A stretch of DNA of 47,829 nt. Origin: an uncultured Bacteroidales bacterium (lineage in GTDB: Bacteria > Bacteroidota > Bacteroidia > Bacteroidales > UBA3663). Position 1 is the first letter of the stretch. The number at the start of each line of letters is the position of its first letter. A model generated the notes under the pieces. That model worked only from the letters and a program-made list of their open reading frames with translations. It was not told the DNA's origin and ran no database searches. The stretch is from positions 1 through 47,829 of the forward strand of contig CACYQQ010000009.1 of the NCBI GenBank assembly GCA_902776605.1, in the 5' to 3' direction. A program made the position numbers and the translations under genes. This document shows, piece by piece, positions 16,746 through 23,915 of this stretch.

Positions 16746-17555
16746 TTAGTAGAAGTGAGGGTAGGATTGCTTCTTTTCTTTTCGGACGTATCGCCCGATT
16801 CGGCGCAGTTTGTAGTATCCGTCTTGTCGTTCCGTGCTGTAGATGTACTTGCCGCAGACCAGATGTTTTATCTTATCGTTCATCGGAACTACGTTGTTGT
16901 TCTTGTTGAATACGCCTGCCTTGACTTTGATGAAAAGCGTGTCGCCCTGGATGTCGGTCTGCTTGACGCTTACCTTCAGGGCCGAATTGAAGAAGTCGGA
17001 AATGACAAGCTTTCCGTTATCGTTGTGCAGGACAAGGGGTTGTCTTTCGCGCCTTTCAGTCACGACGGGTAAGAAGCATAGTTTCTCGTCCACATTGACG
17101 TCGATGGATAGTAAGGTGTAGACGTCATTGATGCCAATCTCGGGTTCAATGAGGACGGGAGTGGTCTTATATATCATGCCAATAGGTAGGTCTGTCCAGT
17201 CGGGCAGAATGGTCTGTCCCTTTTCGTCGCAGGGAAAGAGGGAGCGGAAAGAGGCCAGATAGATGTCGCCGCGCTTCAGGCAGGAGACTTCCGGGTCGAG
17301 GTCGGTGGCAATCTTGAACACTTCGTCGCCCATGGTGGCATAGATGATGTAGAAGTCGTTGCACCATCCGATCTCCTGGATTTGGATGAACCCCGTCCTT
17401 TTCCTGAAATTCAGGTACTTGTCGGCGGAATAAATGTCAGGGTCCACGATAGATGATTCTTCGGCAGAAGTGAGGTCTGTCTCGTCATTCTGATTGTCGG
17501 CAAAAAGTGCGCTCGTGCTCAACCATAGGAAGCAAAGCCATAATAAATGTCTCAT
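16746..17555 (-). CDS. Hypothetical secreted protein (269 aa)
   Basis: I start at ATG 17555 (MRHLLWLCFLWLSTSALFADNQND, a signal peptide). The 105 codons the ORF track adds upstream lie in repeat copy B and are frame-inconsistent with copy A. No family recognised. Confidence 0.65.
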   Translation of the reverse strand: MRHLLWLCFLWLSTSALFADNQNDETDLTSAEESSIVDPDIYSADKYLNFRKRTGFIQIQEIGWCNDFYIIYATMGDEVFKIATDLDPEVSCLKRGDIYLASFRSLFPCDEKGQTILPDWTDLPIGMIYKTTPVLIEPEIGINDVYTLLSIDVNVDEKLCFLPVVTERRERQPLVLHNDNGKLVISDFFNSALKVSVKQTDIQGDTLFIKVKAGVFNKNNNVVPMNDKIKHLVCGKYIYSTERQDGYYKLRRIGRYVRKEKKQSYPHFY

Positions 17556-17682
17556 ATTGGATAAAGAGTGTAAGTAATGAAGTGTGGCAAGAAGGATGTC
17601 CGCTTCTCGCTGAGTGAATAACGAATGAGGTTGAGAATTATTGTTGAAGAGGGGTGGAAAAGGTTTTGTAAGGACCCATCTT

Positions 17683-17969
17683 GTTGCCCTGAATGACATA
17701 CGACTGAAAAAAAAAATCCTTACTGTCCGGTTGAAATGATAAAAAAACAAGCCTGAAGGGCTGGCAAGAATACAGGCAGGTGGTAAGCGAAGCGCGACCC
17801 CTGCTATAAGGTATATATCACAGAGAAAGCCCCAGAGAATGGGCGGCAGAATCCTCCAGCAATGCTCCACCTTTCCCTCTTTCTGCCACCCCTTCGGGGT
17901 TTTGGATGCTCTCGTTCCTCAACGCAGGGGTTTTACCCCTGCCTGTGGTCTGCCAGCCCTTCGGGCTTT
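17683..17969. repeat. Structured non-coding element, copy B: conserved module (17683-17882) plus 1.3 hairpin units (17883-17969)
   Basis: Aligns with 14953-15236 apart from small indels. The partial second unit carries AGCCC-TTC-GGGCT in place of ACCCC-TTC-GGGGT. Confidence 0.9.
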
Positions 17970-17993
17970 ATTGGGACAACCGGATGGTAAGAA

Positions 17994-18031
17994 AAAATCC
18001 TGCGCAAAACAATTCTGCGCAGGATTTTGTG
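17994..18031. terminator. Bidirectional intrinsic terminator (probably the ssrA terminator; also closes repeat copy B)
   Basis: AAAATCCTGCGCA-aaacaattc-TGCGCAGGATTTT. The minus-strand reading is followed by TTTTTTC. Confidence 0.65.
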
Positions 18032-18093
18032 GTAGTTGGGTTAATAACTAATAACTATTAACTATTAACTGCGACGAGCAGAGCTCGTCGCTT

Positions 18094-18491
18094 GTGGAGC
18101 TGGAGGGGTTCGAACCCTCGTCCAAACGGGGAACATCTGTGCTTTCTACATGCTTATTCTGGCCTTCATTGTCGGGAGGGACCAAGACCCAGACCACCAA
18201 GTCACTCCGTATCCTCTAAGGTTTCATTTGTGGCACGAGGCTGCCGACAAACTATTCCCGATTTATCTGCACCACCGGTTCCTTGGTCTCGGGATTACGA
18301 CCTTGGGGTGATGTCTTGTCTCCACTACCTTGAGCGGAGATTAAGCCAGTAATCTACTGTACTTCGATTAGGCAGCAAGAGCGTAGTTATTCTCGCCAAT
18401 TATATTTTGCCACCGTGGATTATAGAGATAGATGACATCTCTCTGCATGCTTACACAAAGGCTCATCTCGCTGTCAAAGCCAGTCAGCCCC
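18094..18491 (-). ncRNA. ssrA: tmRNA (transfer-messenger RNA)
   Basis: Minus-strand 5' end is GGGGCTGACTGGCTTTGACAGCGAG. Tag reading frame GGCGAGAATAACTACGCTCTTGCTGCCTAA encodes GENNYALAA-stop (18397..18368). 3' end is GGACGAGGGTTCGAACCCCTCCAGCTCCAC (T-arm plus acceptor). CCA is only partly encoded. A GCGACGAGC-aga-GCTCGTCGC hairpin lies at 18071-18091 just downstream. Confidence 0.95.
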
Positions 18492-18515
18492 ATGTATTTC
18501 CTTTTTAGGGGAGTG

Positions 18516-18523
18516 CAAAGATA
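18516..18523 (-). promoter_or_regulatory. -7 promoter box (TATCTTTG on minus strand) for ssrA
   Basis: Plus strand reads CAAAGATA, 25 nt upstream of the mature tmRNA 5' end. Confidence 0.5.
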
Positions 18524-18648
18524 ATGTTTAATTTTCAAAATGCAAAACAAACTTTCTAAAAACGTTGATTTCCTTTGAAAAAAATGCTGTTTCGTTTAAA
18601 AAGGAGATAAATTTTGCAGAAAATTAAGGTTTTAAGAAAAAATTTCGT

Positions 18649-18656
18649 TATCTTTG
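18649..18656 (+). promoter_or_regulatory. -7 promoter box (TATCTTTG) for the lipid biosynthesis locus
   Basis: 29 nt upstream of ATG 18685. Confidence 0.5.
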
Positions 18657-18684
18657 CACCGCAAATAATGTCTATAAACGAAAT

Positions 18685-19917
18685 ATGAACAATAATAAAA
18701 GAGTAGTTATTACAGGTATGGGCATCTGGTCCTGCCTTGGTACCGATCTCGAAACCGTTAAGGATTCTCTCTATAATGGCAAGTCTGGTATTGTGTTTGA
18801 TCAAGCGCGTAAGGATTTAGGTTTCCGCTCTGCGTTGACCTCGTACGTCGAAAAGCCGGATTTGAAGAAACTCATACCTCGTAACCAACGTCAGTTCATG
18901 CCTGAGGAGGCGCAATATGCCTATATGTCCACATTGCAGGCTCTCCAGCAGGCAGGCATCGACCAGGACTTCCTGGATGCCCATGAGGTTGGATTGTTGT
19001 TTGGCAATGACTCGGTGGCTCAGGCTACCTATCAAGCTGTCTCCAAGATATATGAATATAAGGATACTGCTGCCTGTGGTTCAGGAAGTATCTTCCAGTC
19101 GATGAACTCGACCGTGACCATGAACCTCGCTACGCTGTTCCGCCTGCGTGGCATCAACTTGACCACTTCGGGCGCTTGTGCCTCGGGTAGTCACGCCCTC
19201 GGATTGGCCTGGTTGCTCATCAAGAATGGATTGCAGGATTGCATCGTAGCCGGTGGTGCACAGGAGGTTAACTTGGAGTGCGTCGGTTCGTTCGATGGCA
19301 TTCAGGCGTTCTCGACCCGCGAGGATGAACCAACCAAGGCCAGCCGTCCATTCGACCGTGACCGCGATGGTCTCGTCCCAGGCGGTGGTGCTGCCACCCT
19401 CATCATCGAGAGTCTGGATCATGCTTTGGCCCGTGGCGCCAAGCCTATTGCCGAAATCATCGGTTGGGGCTTCTCGGGCAACGGCGACCATATCTCTACG
19501 CCTAACGTAGCAGGTCCACAACGTTCTTTGGAATTGGCTATTGAGCACGCTGGTGTAGATATTCACGAGATTGGCTACGTCAATGCACATGCCACTTCGA
19601 CCCACGCCGGAGATGGTCGTGAGGCCATGGCGATTGCCAACGTCTTTGGCGACTACAAGGTGCCCGTCACTTCGACCAAGGGTCAGACTGGTCACGAGAT
19701 GTGGATGGCAGGTGCCAGCGAGGCTATCTACAGCATCCTGATGATGAAGAACAACTTCATCGCCGGTTCGTTGAACTTCGAGAACCCCGACGAGGAGACC
19801 GCTTGCATCAACGTCATCGCCAAGACCCAGGAGGCACACTTCGACATGTTCCTGAGCAACTCCTTCGGCTTCGGCGGTACCAACTCGACGCTGATTGTCA
19901 AGGACTACAAGGAATGA
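18685..19917 (+). CDS. Beta-ketoacyl-ACP synthase (KAS I/II type, FabB/FabF-like)
   Basis: RVVITGMGIWSCLG N-terminus. Active-site Cys is in TTSGACASGSHALG, and the His-His pair in NAHATSTHAGD and GQTGHEMWMAGA. C-terminal SNSFGFGGTNSTLIV. Confidence 0.9.
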   Translation: MNNNKRVVITGMGIWSCLGTDLETVKDSLYNGKSGIVFDQARKDLGFRSALTSYVEKPDLKKLIPRNQRQFMPEEAQYAYMSTLQALQQAGIDQDFLDAHEVGLLFGNDSVAQATYQAVSKIYEYKDTAACGSGSIFQSMNSTVTMNLATLFRLRGINLTTSGACASGSHALGLAWLLIKNGLQDCIVAGGAQEVNLECVGSFDGIQAFSTREDEPTKASRPFDRDRDGLVPGGGAATLIIESLDHALARGAKPIAEIIGWGFSGNGDHISTPNVAGPQRSLELAIEHAGVDIHEIGYVNAHATSTHAGDGREAMAIANVFGDYKVPVTSTKGQTGHEMWMAGASEAIYSILMMKNNFIAGSLNFENPDEETACINVIAKTQEAHFDMFLSNSFGFGGTNSTLIVKDYKE

Positions 19918-19961
19918 AAAGTATAGAATAAAAATTGAATCACAAATAGATTTTCGTAACA

Positions 19962-20204
19962 ATGACAAAAGAAGAAATCATTGAGAAGGTTAATCCACTT
20001 CTCGCCGAGGAGTTTGAGGTAGAAGAGAGTGAGATCACTCCAGATGCTGTAATCAAGGATGCCTTGGAGCTGGACAGCTTGAGTCTTGTTGACTTGGTTG
20101 CTGTAATCGAGCACACTTTCAAGGTTAAGATTCCTGCTGCCGATCTGCCTACCGTAAAGACCTTTGAGGATCTTTACAACTACATCGAGAGCCACCAGGC
20201 TTAA
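19962..20204 (+). CDS. Acyl carrier protein
   Basis: 80 aa and acidic, with an LELDSLSLVDLVAVIE phosphopantetheine-attachment (DSL) motif. Confidence 0.9.
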   Translation: MTKEEIIEKVNPLLAEEFEVEESEITPDAVIKDALELDSLSLVDLVAVIEHTFKVKIPAADLPTVKTFEDLYNYIESHQA

Positions 20205-20220
20205 ATGTTATCCGCTATAT

Positions 20221-20263
20221 CAATGGACGATGCACGGGAAGGAATATTGTGCATTGTCCATTG
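20221..20263 (+). promoter_or_regulatory. Strong intra-operon stem-loop after the ACP gene (attenuator/processing or stability element candidate)
   Basis: CAATGGACGATGCAC-gggaaggaatatt-GTGCATTGTCCATTG (15-bp stem with one G-T pair), followed by the weak T-tract TCGTTGTTT. Confidence 0.5.
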
Positions 20264-20310
20264 TCGTTGTTTAAACGAGGCCGTTACAGGCCCTCTCTAT
20301 CGTTTCCGTC

Positions 20311-20730
20311 ATGCTCTATCAAAACGAAGAACTCTTTAAGTTGATGCCCCAGCGCGATCCCATCGTCATGGTCGATAAGATATATGATGCTGAGGGCGAT
20401 ACCGCACATACAGGACTGACTGTCAAGGCCCAGAACTACTTTATCGAGGAGGATGGCCGTATGGCAGAACCTGGTCTGATTGAACATATTGCTCAGTCCG
20501 CCAGCGCCTTCAAAGGTCACCAGGCACTCGTTGCCGGCGAACCCTTGCCGATAGGTTACATCGGCGAGGTCAAGAAGTTCCACTGCTATGTGCGCCCCGC
20601 CGTGGGAGACGAGTTGACCACCACCATCGTGCTGGGTGCCGAGGTGAATGGCGTGACCCTGATGACGGGCGAAGTCCACTGTGGCGAGACGTTGGTGGCC
20701 GACACCCAGATGAAGATTTTTGTAGAATAA
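20311..20730 (+). CDS. Hotdog-fold 3-hydroxyacyl-ACP dehydratase-like protein
   Basis: 139 aa. LMPQRDPIVMVDKIY resembles the FabZ LPHRYPFLLVD entry motif. GLIEHIAQSAS block. Context is next to KAS/ACP. Confidence 0.65.
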   Translation: MLYQNEELFKLMPQRDPIVMVDKIYDAEGDTAHTGLTVKAQNYFIEEDGRMAEPGLIEHIAQSASAFKGHQALVAGEPLPIGYIGEVKKFHCYVRPAVGDELTTTIVLGAEVNGVTLMTGEVHCGETLVADTQMKIFVE

Positions 20731-20743
20731 GAAGCTTTTGTCT

Positions 20744-21130
20744 ATGTTGTTGAAAGATAAGTTCTTTGCGGTCTTGCACGAAGAGAAGATCAGTGCCAAC
20801 GAGGCCGTCTATCTGTGTGAACTCAAGCCCGATTGTGATGTCTATCAGGGACACTTCCCTGGCAAGCCAGTTTCTCCGGGTGTCTGCAATATTGAAATGA
20901 TCCGTGAGTGTGCCGAACTTCTGACCGGCGAGAACCTGCTCATCGACACCATCAAGCAATGTCGCCTGACGGCGGTAGCCTCGCCTTCGGTCTGCCCCAA
21001 GGTGGATGTCAAGGTGACCGTGGCGCGCGTGGAGGGAACCGACAACTTCAATGTCATTGCCACCATCGCCGATGCCCAGACCTCGTACATGGAGCTGAAA
21101 GGGACGTTGGCAATTGGGAAAAGGGTTTGA
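20744..21130 (+). CDS. FabZ/FabA-like 3-hydroxyacyl-ACP dehydratase
   Basis: YQGHFPGKPVSPGVCNIEMIRECAEL matches the FabZ HFPxxPxxPGV active-site block. I use ATG 20744, because the ORF-track start 20738 is a TTG two codons earlier. Confidence 0.75.
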   Translation: MLLKDKFFAVLHEEKISANEAVYLCELKPDCDVYQGHFPGKPVSPGVCNIEMIRECAELLTGENLLIDTIKQCRLTAVASPSVCPKVDVKVTVARVEGTDNFNVIATIADAQTSYMELKGTLAIGKRV

Positions 21131-21290
21131 CGGAAGTTAAAGAAGATAAAGAAGTACAAGAAGATAAAGACGTTTGAATCAATGACGAATTACTGATTAC
21201 GGATTGCGTTTTCCGTGTAAAAGAGTGTCGGAAGTAAAAAAACAATCGTCTTTAACTTCCTTATCTCCCTTAACTTCTTTATCTCCTCCG
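21131..21290. repeat. Imperfect ~42-bp inverted repeat made of AAGA/TAAAG words flanking a 74-bp spacer
   Basis: Left arm is CGGAAGTTAAAGAAGATAAAGAAGTACAAGAAGATAAAGACG (21131-21172). Right arm is CGTCTTTAACTTCCTTATCTCCCTTAACTTCTTTATCTCCTCCG (21247-21290). Confidence 0.8.
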
Positions 21291-21318
21291 AAACCGCATA
21301 CATAACTTGAATATTTAC

Positions 21319-21326
21319 TATTTTTG
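21319..21326 (+). promoter_or_regulatory. -7 promoter box (TATTTTTG) for the exporter gene
   Basis: TAnnTTTG match 15 nt upstream of ATG 21341. Confidence 0.4.
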
Positions 21327-21340
21327 CGAATAGCAACTAT

Positions 21341-21967
21341 ATGACCAATCTCTGTATTGCCATATATCACTACTTCCGCCGGCACAGGGCTATCTATGGA
21401 ACACTGATGACGTTGTTGTTTGTGTTCTTTGGCTATTTTGCAGCCCAGATTCATCTGGAGGAAGATATCTCGAAATTGCTGCCATCGTCGAAGAACGAGG
21501 ACGGCAGCACCAAACTGGCGTTTGCCGACTTGCGCATCAAGGACAAGACCTTCCTGGTCTTTGAGGCCAGTCCCGAGATGAGTGCCGACGACCGTCGTGA
21601 CTCGCTCATTGCCGTGAGCGACCGGTTTGTGGCCGAGTTGGAAACGACTCTGGACAGCTTGCGTCAACGCGGCGACACTTTGTTGGAGGATGTCTTTGCA
21701 CAATTCAACATGCAGGACTTGGCCTTCGACGCCATCGACTATGTGGAGTCGCAGTTGCCTTGCTATATTGACACTTCGTTCTACGCTTCGTTCGATACCC
21801 TCTTCACTCCGCAGCACATGGAGTGGCAGATGGCACAGAACCGTCAGCAGGGAATGAGTCCGATTGGACAGATGTTTCCGGAGTTGATTGCCATGGACCC
21901 GTTGGGCATCCGCAACGTCATAGGCAGTCAGTTGAAGGAGATGGCTGGCGGCATGGGCGGCCAATAG
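21341..21967 (+). CDS. MMPL/RND-superfamily exporter, N-terminal fragment (208 aa) ending at an in-frame TAG
   Basis: N-terminal TM (LMTLLFVFFGYFAAQIH) then EEDISKLLP and a soluble loop. Same reading frame as 21977..23797. Stop TAG at 21965-21967. Confidence 0.7.
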   Translation: MTNLCIAIYHYFRRHRAIYGTLMTLLFVFFGYFAAQIHLEEDISKLLPSSKNEDGSTKLAFADLRIKDKTFLVFEASPEMSADDRRDSLIAVSDRFVAELETTLDSLRQRGDTLLEDVFAQFNMQDLAFDAIDYVESQLPCYIDTSFYASFDTLFTPQHMEWQMAQNRQQGMSPIGQMFPELIAMDPLGIRNVIGSQLKEMAGGMGGQ

Positions 21968-21976
21968 CTCAACAAC

Positions 21977-23797
21977 ATGCAACAGAAGTATTGGGGTTCG
22001 TCGGGTGACGTGCCACAAACCTCGCCCAAGGGTACTCAGGTCAAGGTTTGTTATCATGGCAGTCCGGCGCGAGGCGCTTACAACAGTTGGCAGACCAAGG
22101 CCGACCTCCGCAACACGATTGTGGGGTCGTTGATTGTGGTTTTGATATTCATTTTCATCTGTTTTCGCAACTGGAACACCATTCCGCTGTTGTTGTTGCC
22201 TGTTGCCTTCGGTACGTTGTTTGGCCTGGCCATGATGTACTTCATCAAGGGTCAGTTCTCGCTCCTGGCGTTGGGCATCGGTGCTATCGTGCTGGGAGTG
22301 GCATTGAGTTATGTGTTGCACGTCATCACGCACTATAAATATGTGAGCGATCCGGTCCAGGTGTTGCGCGACCAGGTGACACCCGTCTTCCTGGGGTGTC
22401 TGACCACCATCGGTTCCTTTATGGGCTTGATTTTCATCAACACAGAGTTGTTGCAGGACTTCGGACTCTTTGCCTCGTTTGCCATTGTCGGCACGACGGC
22501 ATTCAGCCTTATCTTCCTGCCCCAGTTCTTCAATCCCGTCAAGAACAAGCGCAATCGTCGCGCCTTTGCCATCATCGACCGCGTCAACGCCTATCCGTTT
22601 GACCGCAAGAAGCCGTTGCTGATTGTCATCGGTCTCATCGTGGCAGTCTGTGTGGCATTCTACTTCAAGGATGGTGTTGATTTTGATGCAGATATGCGCA
22701 ATATCGGCTACTTCTCGGAGAACATCACCTACTCGGAGGAGTTGGTTCGCGCCAAGACCCACACGGGCGACAAGCAACAATATTTTGCCTCGTCGGGAGC
22801 GACGATGGAGGAGGCGTTAGACAACTTCGCTTTGTTGTCGGCCAAGTTGGACACCTTGCAACAGCAGGGATTGGTCAAGAGCTATACACCTACCAGTACC
22901 CTCTTCGTACCGCAAAGTGTTCAGCAGCAGCGTATTGACGCCTGGCACAACTTCTGGACCGAAGAGCGCCTCAACCAGGCGCGAGAACTCATCCGACGCA
23001 GTGCGCCGAAGCAGGATATCGTACCGTCGTTCTTTGAGCCTTTCTTTGATGCCGCTACGCAGGACTACAGTCCTTCGCCTCTTTATGAGCAGGGCATCGT
23101 CCCTTATGGTCTGCAATCGACCATGATGGAGCAGTCGGCCGATGGCAAGTATCTCTGTTTCACCTCGGTACGCTGCACCAACGACTCGGTGCGTAGCGAC
23201 ACTACGGCCTATCAGCAGATCTGCCGTGCCATCAGTACGATGCCCAACATGATGGTGCTCGACACCTATTTCTATACGCAGGACACGTTGCTCGAACTCA
23301 ATGACGACTTCAATGTCCTCCAGTGGGTGAGCATGGCATTTGTCTTCCTGGTGTTGTTGGTGTCGTTCCATTTCAAGTTGAGTCACACCTTGTTGGGCTT
23401 CCTGCCTATCTTGGCAAGTTGGGTCATCGTGTTGGGTGCCATGAACATCTTCGACCGCGAGTTCAACCTCATCAACATCATCATATCGACCTTCATCTTC
23501 GGTATTGGCGTCGATTATTCTATCTTCGTGATGAATGGTCTATTGGCCGGACAATCAGACACTTGCGCTGAGACCGACCGCGAGAAGCGCGACATCCAGT
23601 TGTTGTCGTACCACAAGACGGCCATCCTCTTCTCGGCAGTGGTACTCATTGTGACGGTGTCGTCGATGCTCTTTGCCCGCCACCCATCTATTACCAGTGT
23701 CGGCTTCGCCACATTGGTGGGTATGGTGAGTGCCGTGGTGTTGAGTTATGTGGTTCAACCCTTCCTGTTTAAGTTGTTGACTAGAAAGAAGAAATGA
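21977..23797 (+). CDS. MMPL/RND-superfamily exporter, C-terminal fragment (606 aa)
   Basis: Two 5-6-helix bundles (IVGSLIVVLIFIFICF ... LGIGAIVLGVALSYVLHV, and WVSMAFVFLVLLVSF ... IISTFIFGIGVDYSIFVMNG) separated by a soluble domain. Together with 21341..21967 it makes an 818-codon frame. Confidence 0.75.
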   Translation: MQQKYWGSSGDVPQTSPKGTQVKVCYHGSPARGAYNSWQTKADLRNTIVGSLIVVLIFIFICFRNWNTIPLLLLPVAFGTLFGLAMMYFIKGQFSLLALGIGAIVLGVALSYVLHVITHYKYVSDPVQVLRDQVTPVFLGCLTTIGSFMGLIFINTELLQDFGLFASFAIVGTTAFSLIFLPQFFNPVKNKRNRRAFAIIDRVNAYPFDRKKPLLIVIGLIVAVCVAFYFKDGVDFDADMRNIGYFSENITYSEELVRAKTHTGDKQQYFASSGATMEEALDNFALLSAKLDTLQQQGLVKSYTPTSTLFVPQSVQQQRIDAWHNFWTEERLNQARELIRRSAPKQDIVPSFFEPFFDAATQDYSPSPLYEQGIVPYGLQSTMMEQSADGKYLCFTSVRCTNDSVRSDTTAYQQICRAISTMPNMMVLDTYFYTQDTLLELNDDFNVLQWVSMAFVFLVLLVSFHFKLSHTLLGFLPILASWVIVLGAMNIFDREFNLINIIISTFIFGIGVDYSIFVMNGLLAGQSDTCAETDREKRDIQLLSYHKTAILFSAVVLIVTVSSMLFARHPSITSVGFATLVGMVSAVVLSYVVQPFLFKLLTRKKK

Positions 23798-23905
23798 TCG
23801 GAGTAGTCGGAGTGATCGGAATAATCTGAGTAATCCGAAAACTCTGAGTAATCCGAGTACTCTGAATAATCGGAGTAATCCGAAAACTCCGAAAAATCGG
23901 ATAAA
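23798..23905. repeat. Twelve degenerate tandem 9-bp repeats, TC(C/G/T)GA(A/G)(A/T)A(A/C/G)
   Basis: TCGGAGTAG TCGGAGTGA TCGGAATAA TCTGAGTAA TCCGAAAAC TCTGAGTAA TCCGAGTAC TCTGAATAA TCGGAGTAA TCCGAAAAC TCCGAAAAA TCGGATAAA. Fills the spacer from the exporter stop up to 10 nt before the next ATG. Confidence 0.9.
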
Positions 23906-23915
23906 ATTGTACACA

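Noticed and set aside
16682-16909. 75-aa ORF MKQTEAHDANREPPLYGDEFF... downstream of the orphan promoter box
   Set aside because: It runs through a terminator-like hairpin/T-tract and then antisense into the 3' end of the secreted-protein gene. Its Cys/Arg-rich translation looks like a shadow frame. It is kept only as a possible non-coding transcript.
14351-18093. Calling the ssrA-adjacent segment an integrated mobile element
   Set aside because: I could find no integrase or recombinase, no duplicated ssrA 3' end and no att-like direct repeat. It is reported only as an accessory segment to be compared across strains.
20205-20339. 44-codon ORF starting at the ACP stop codon
   Set aside because: Most of it is the translated 15-bp inverted repeat and it overlaps the next gene start. 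It is more simply explained as an RNA hairpin.
21197-22780. Long antisense ORFs opposite real genes, for example 21197..22780 (-, 527 aa), 45779..47251 (-, 490 aa), 2224..3336 (-), 1248..2150 (-), 24387..25307 (-), 44512..45591 (-), 30689..31399 (+), 35552..36118 (+) and 19081..19968 (-)
   Set aside because: These are shadow ORFs of strongly supported genes on the other strand. Their translations are low-complexity (rich in Arg/Gly/His/Leu/Val) with no recognisable motifs. Each overlaps a gene with clear family signatures.
23781-23915. The 9-bp repeat array as a translated N-terminal extension of the FAD oxidoreductase
   Set aside because: The in-phase frame is bounded by TGA at 23778-23780 and contains no ATG, GTG or TTG before 23907. 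The Rossmann fold begins immediately after ATG 23916, as in typical family members.
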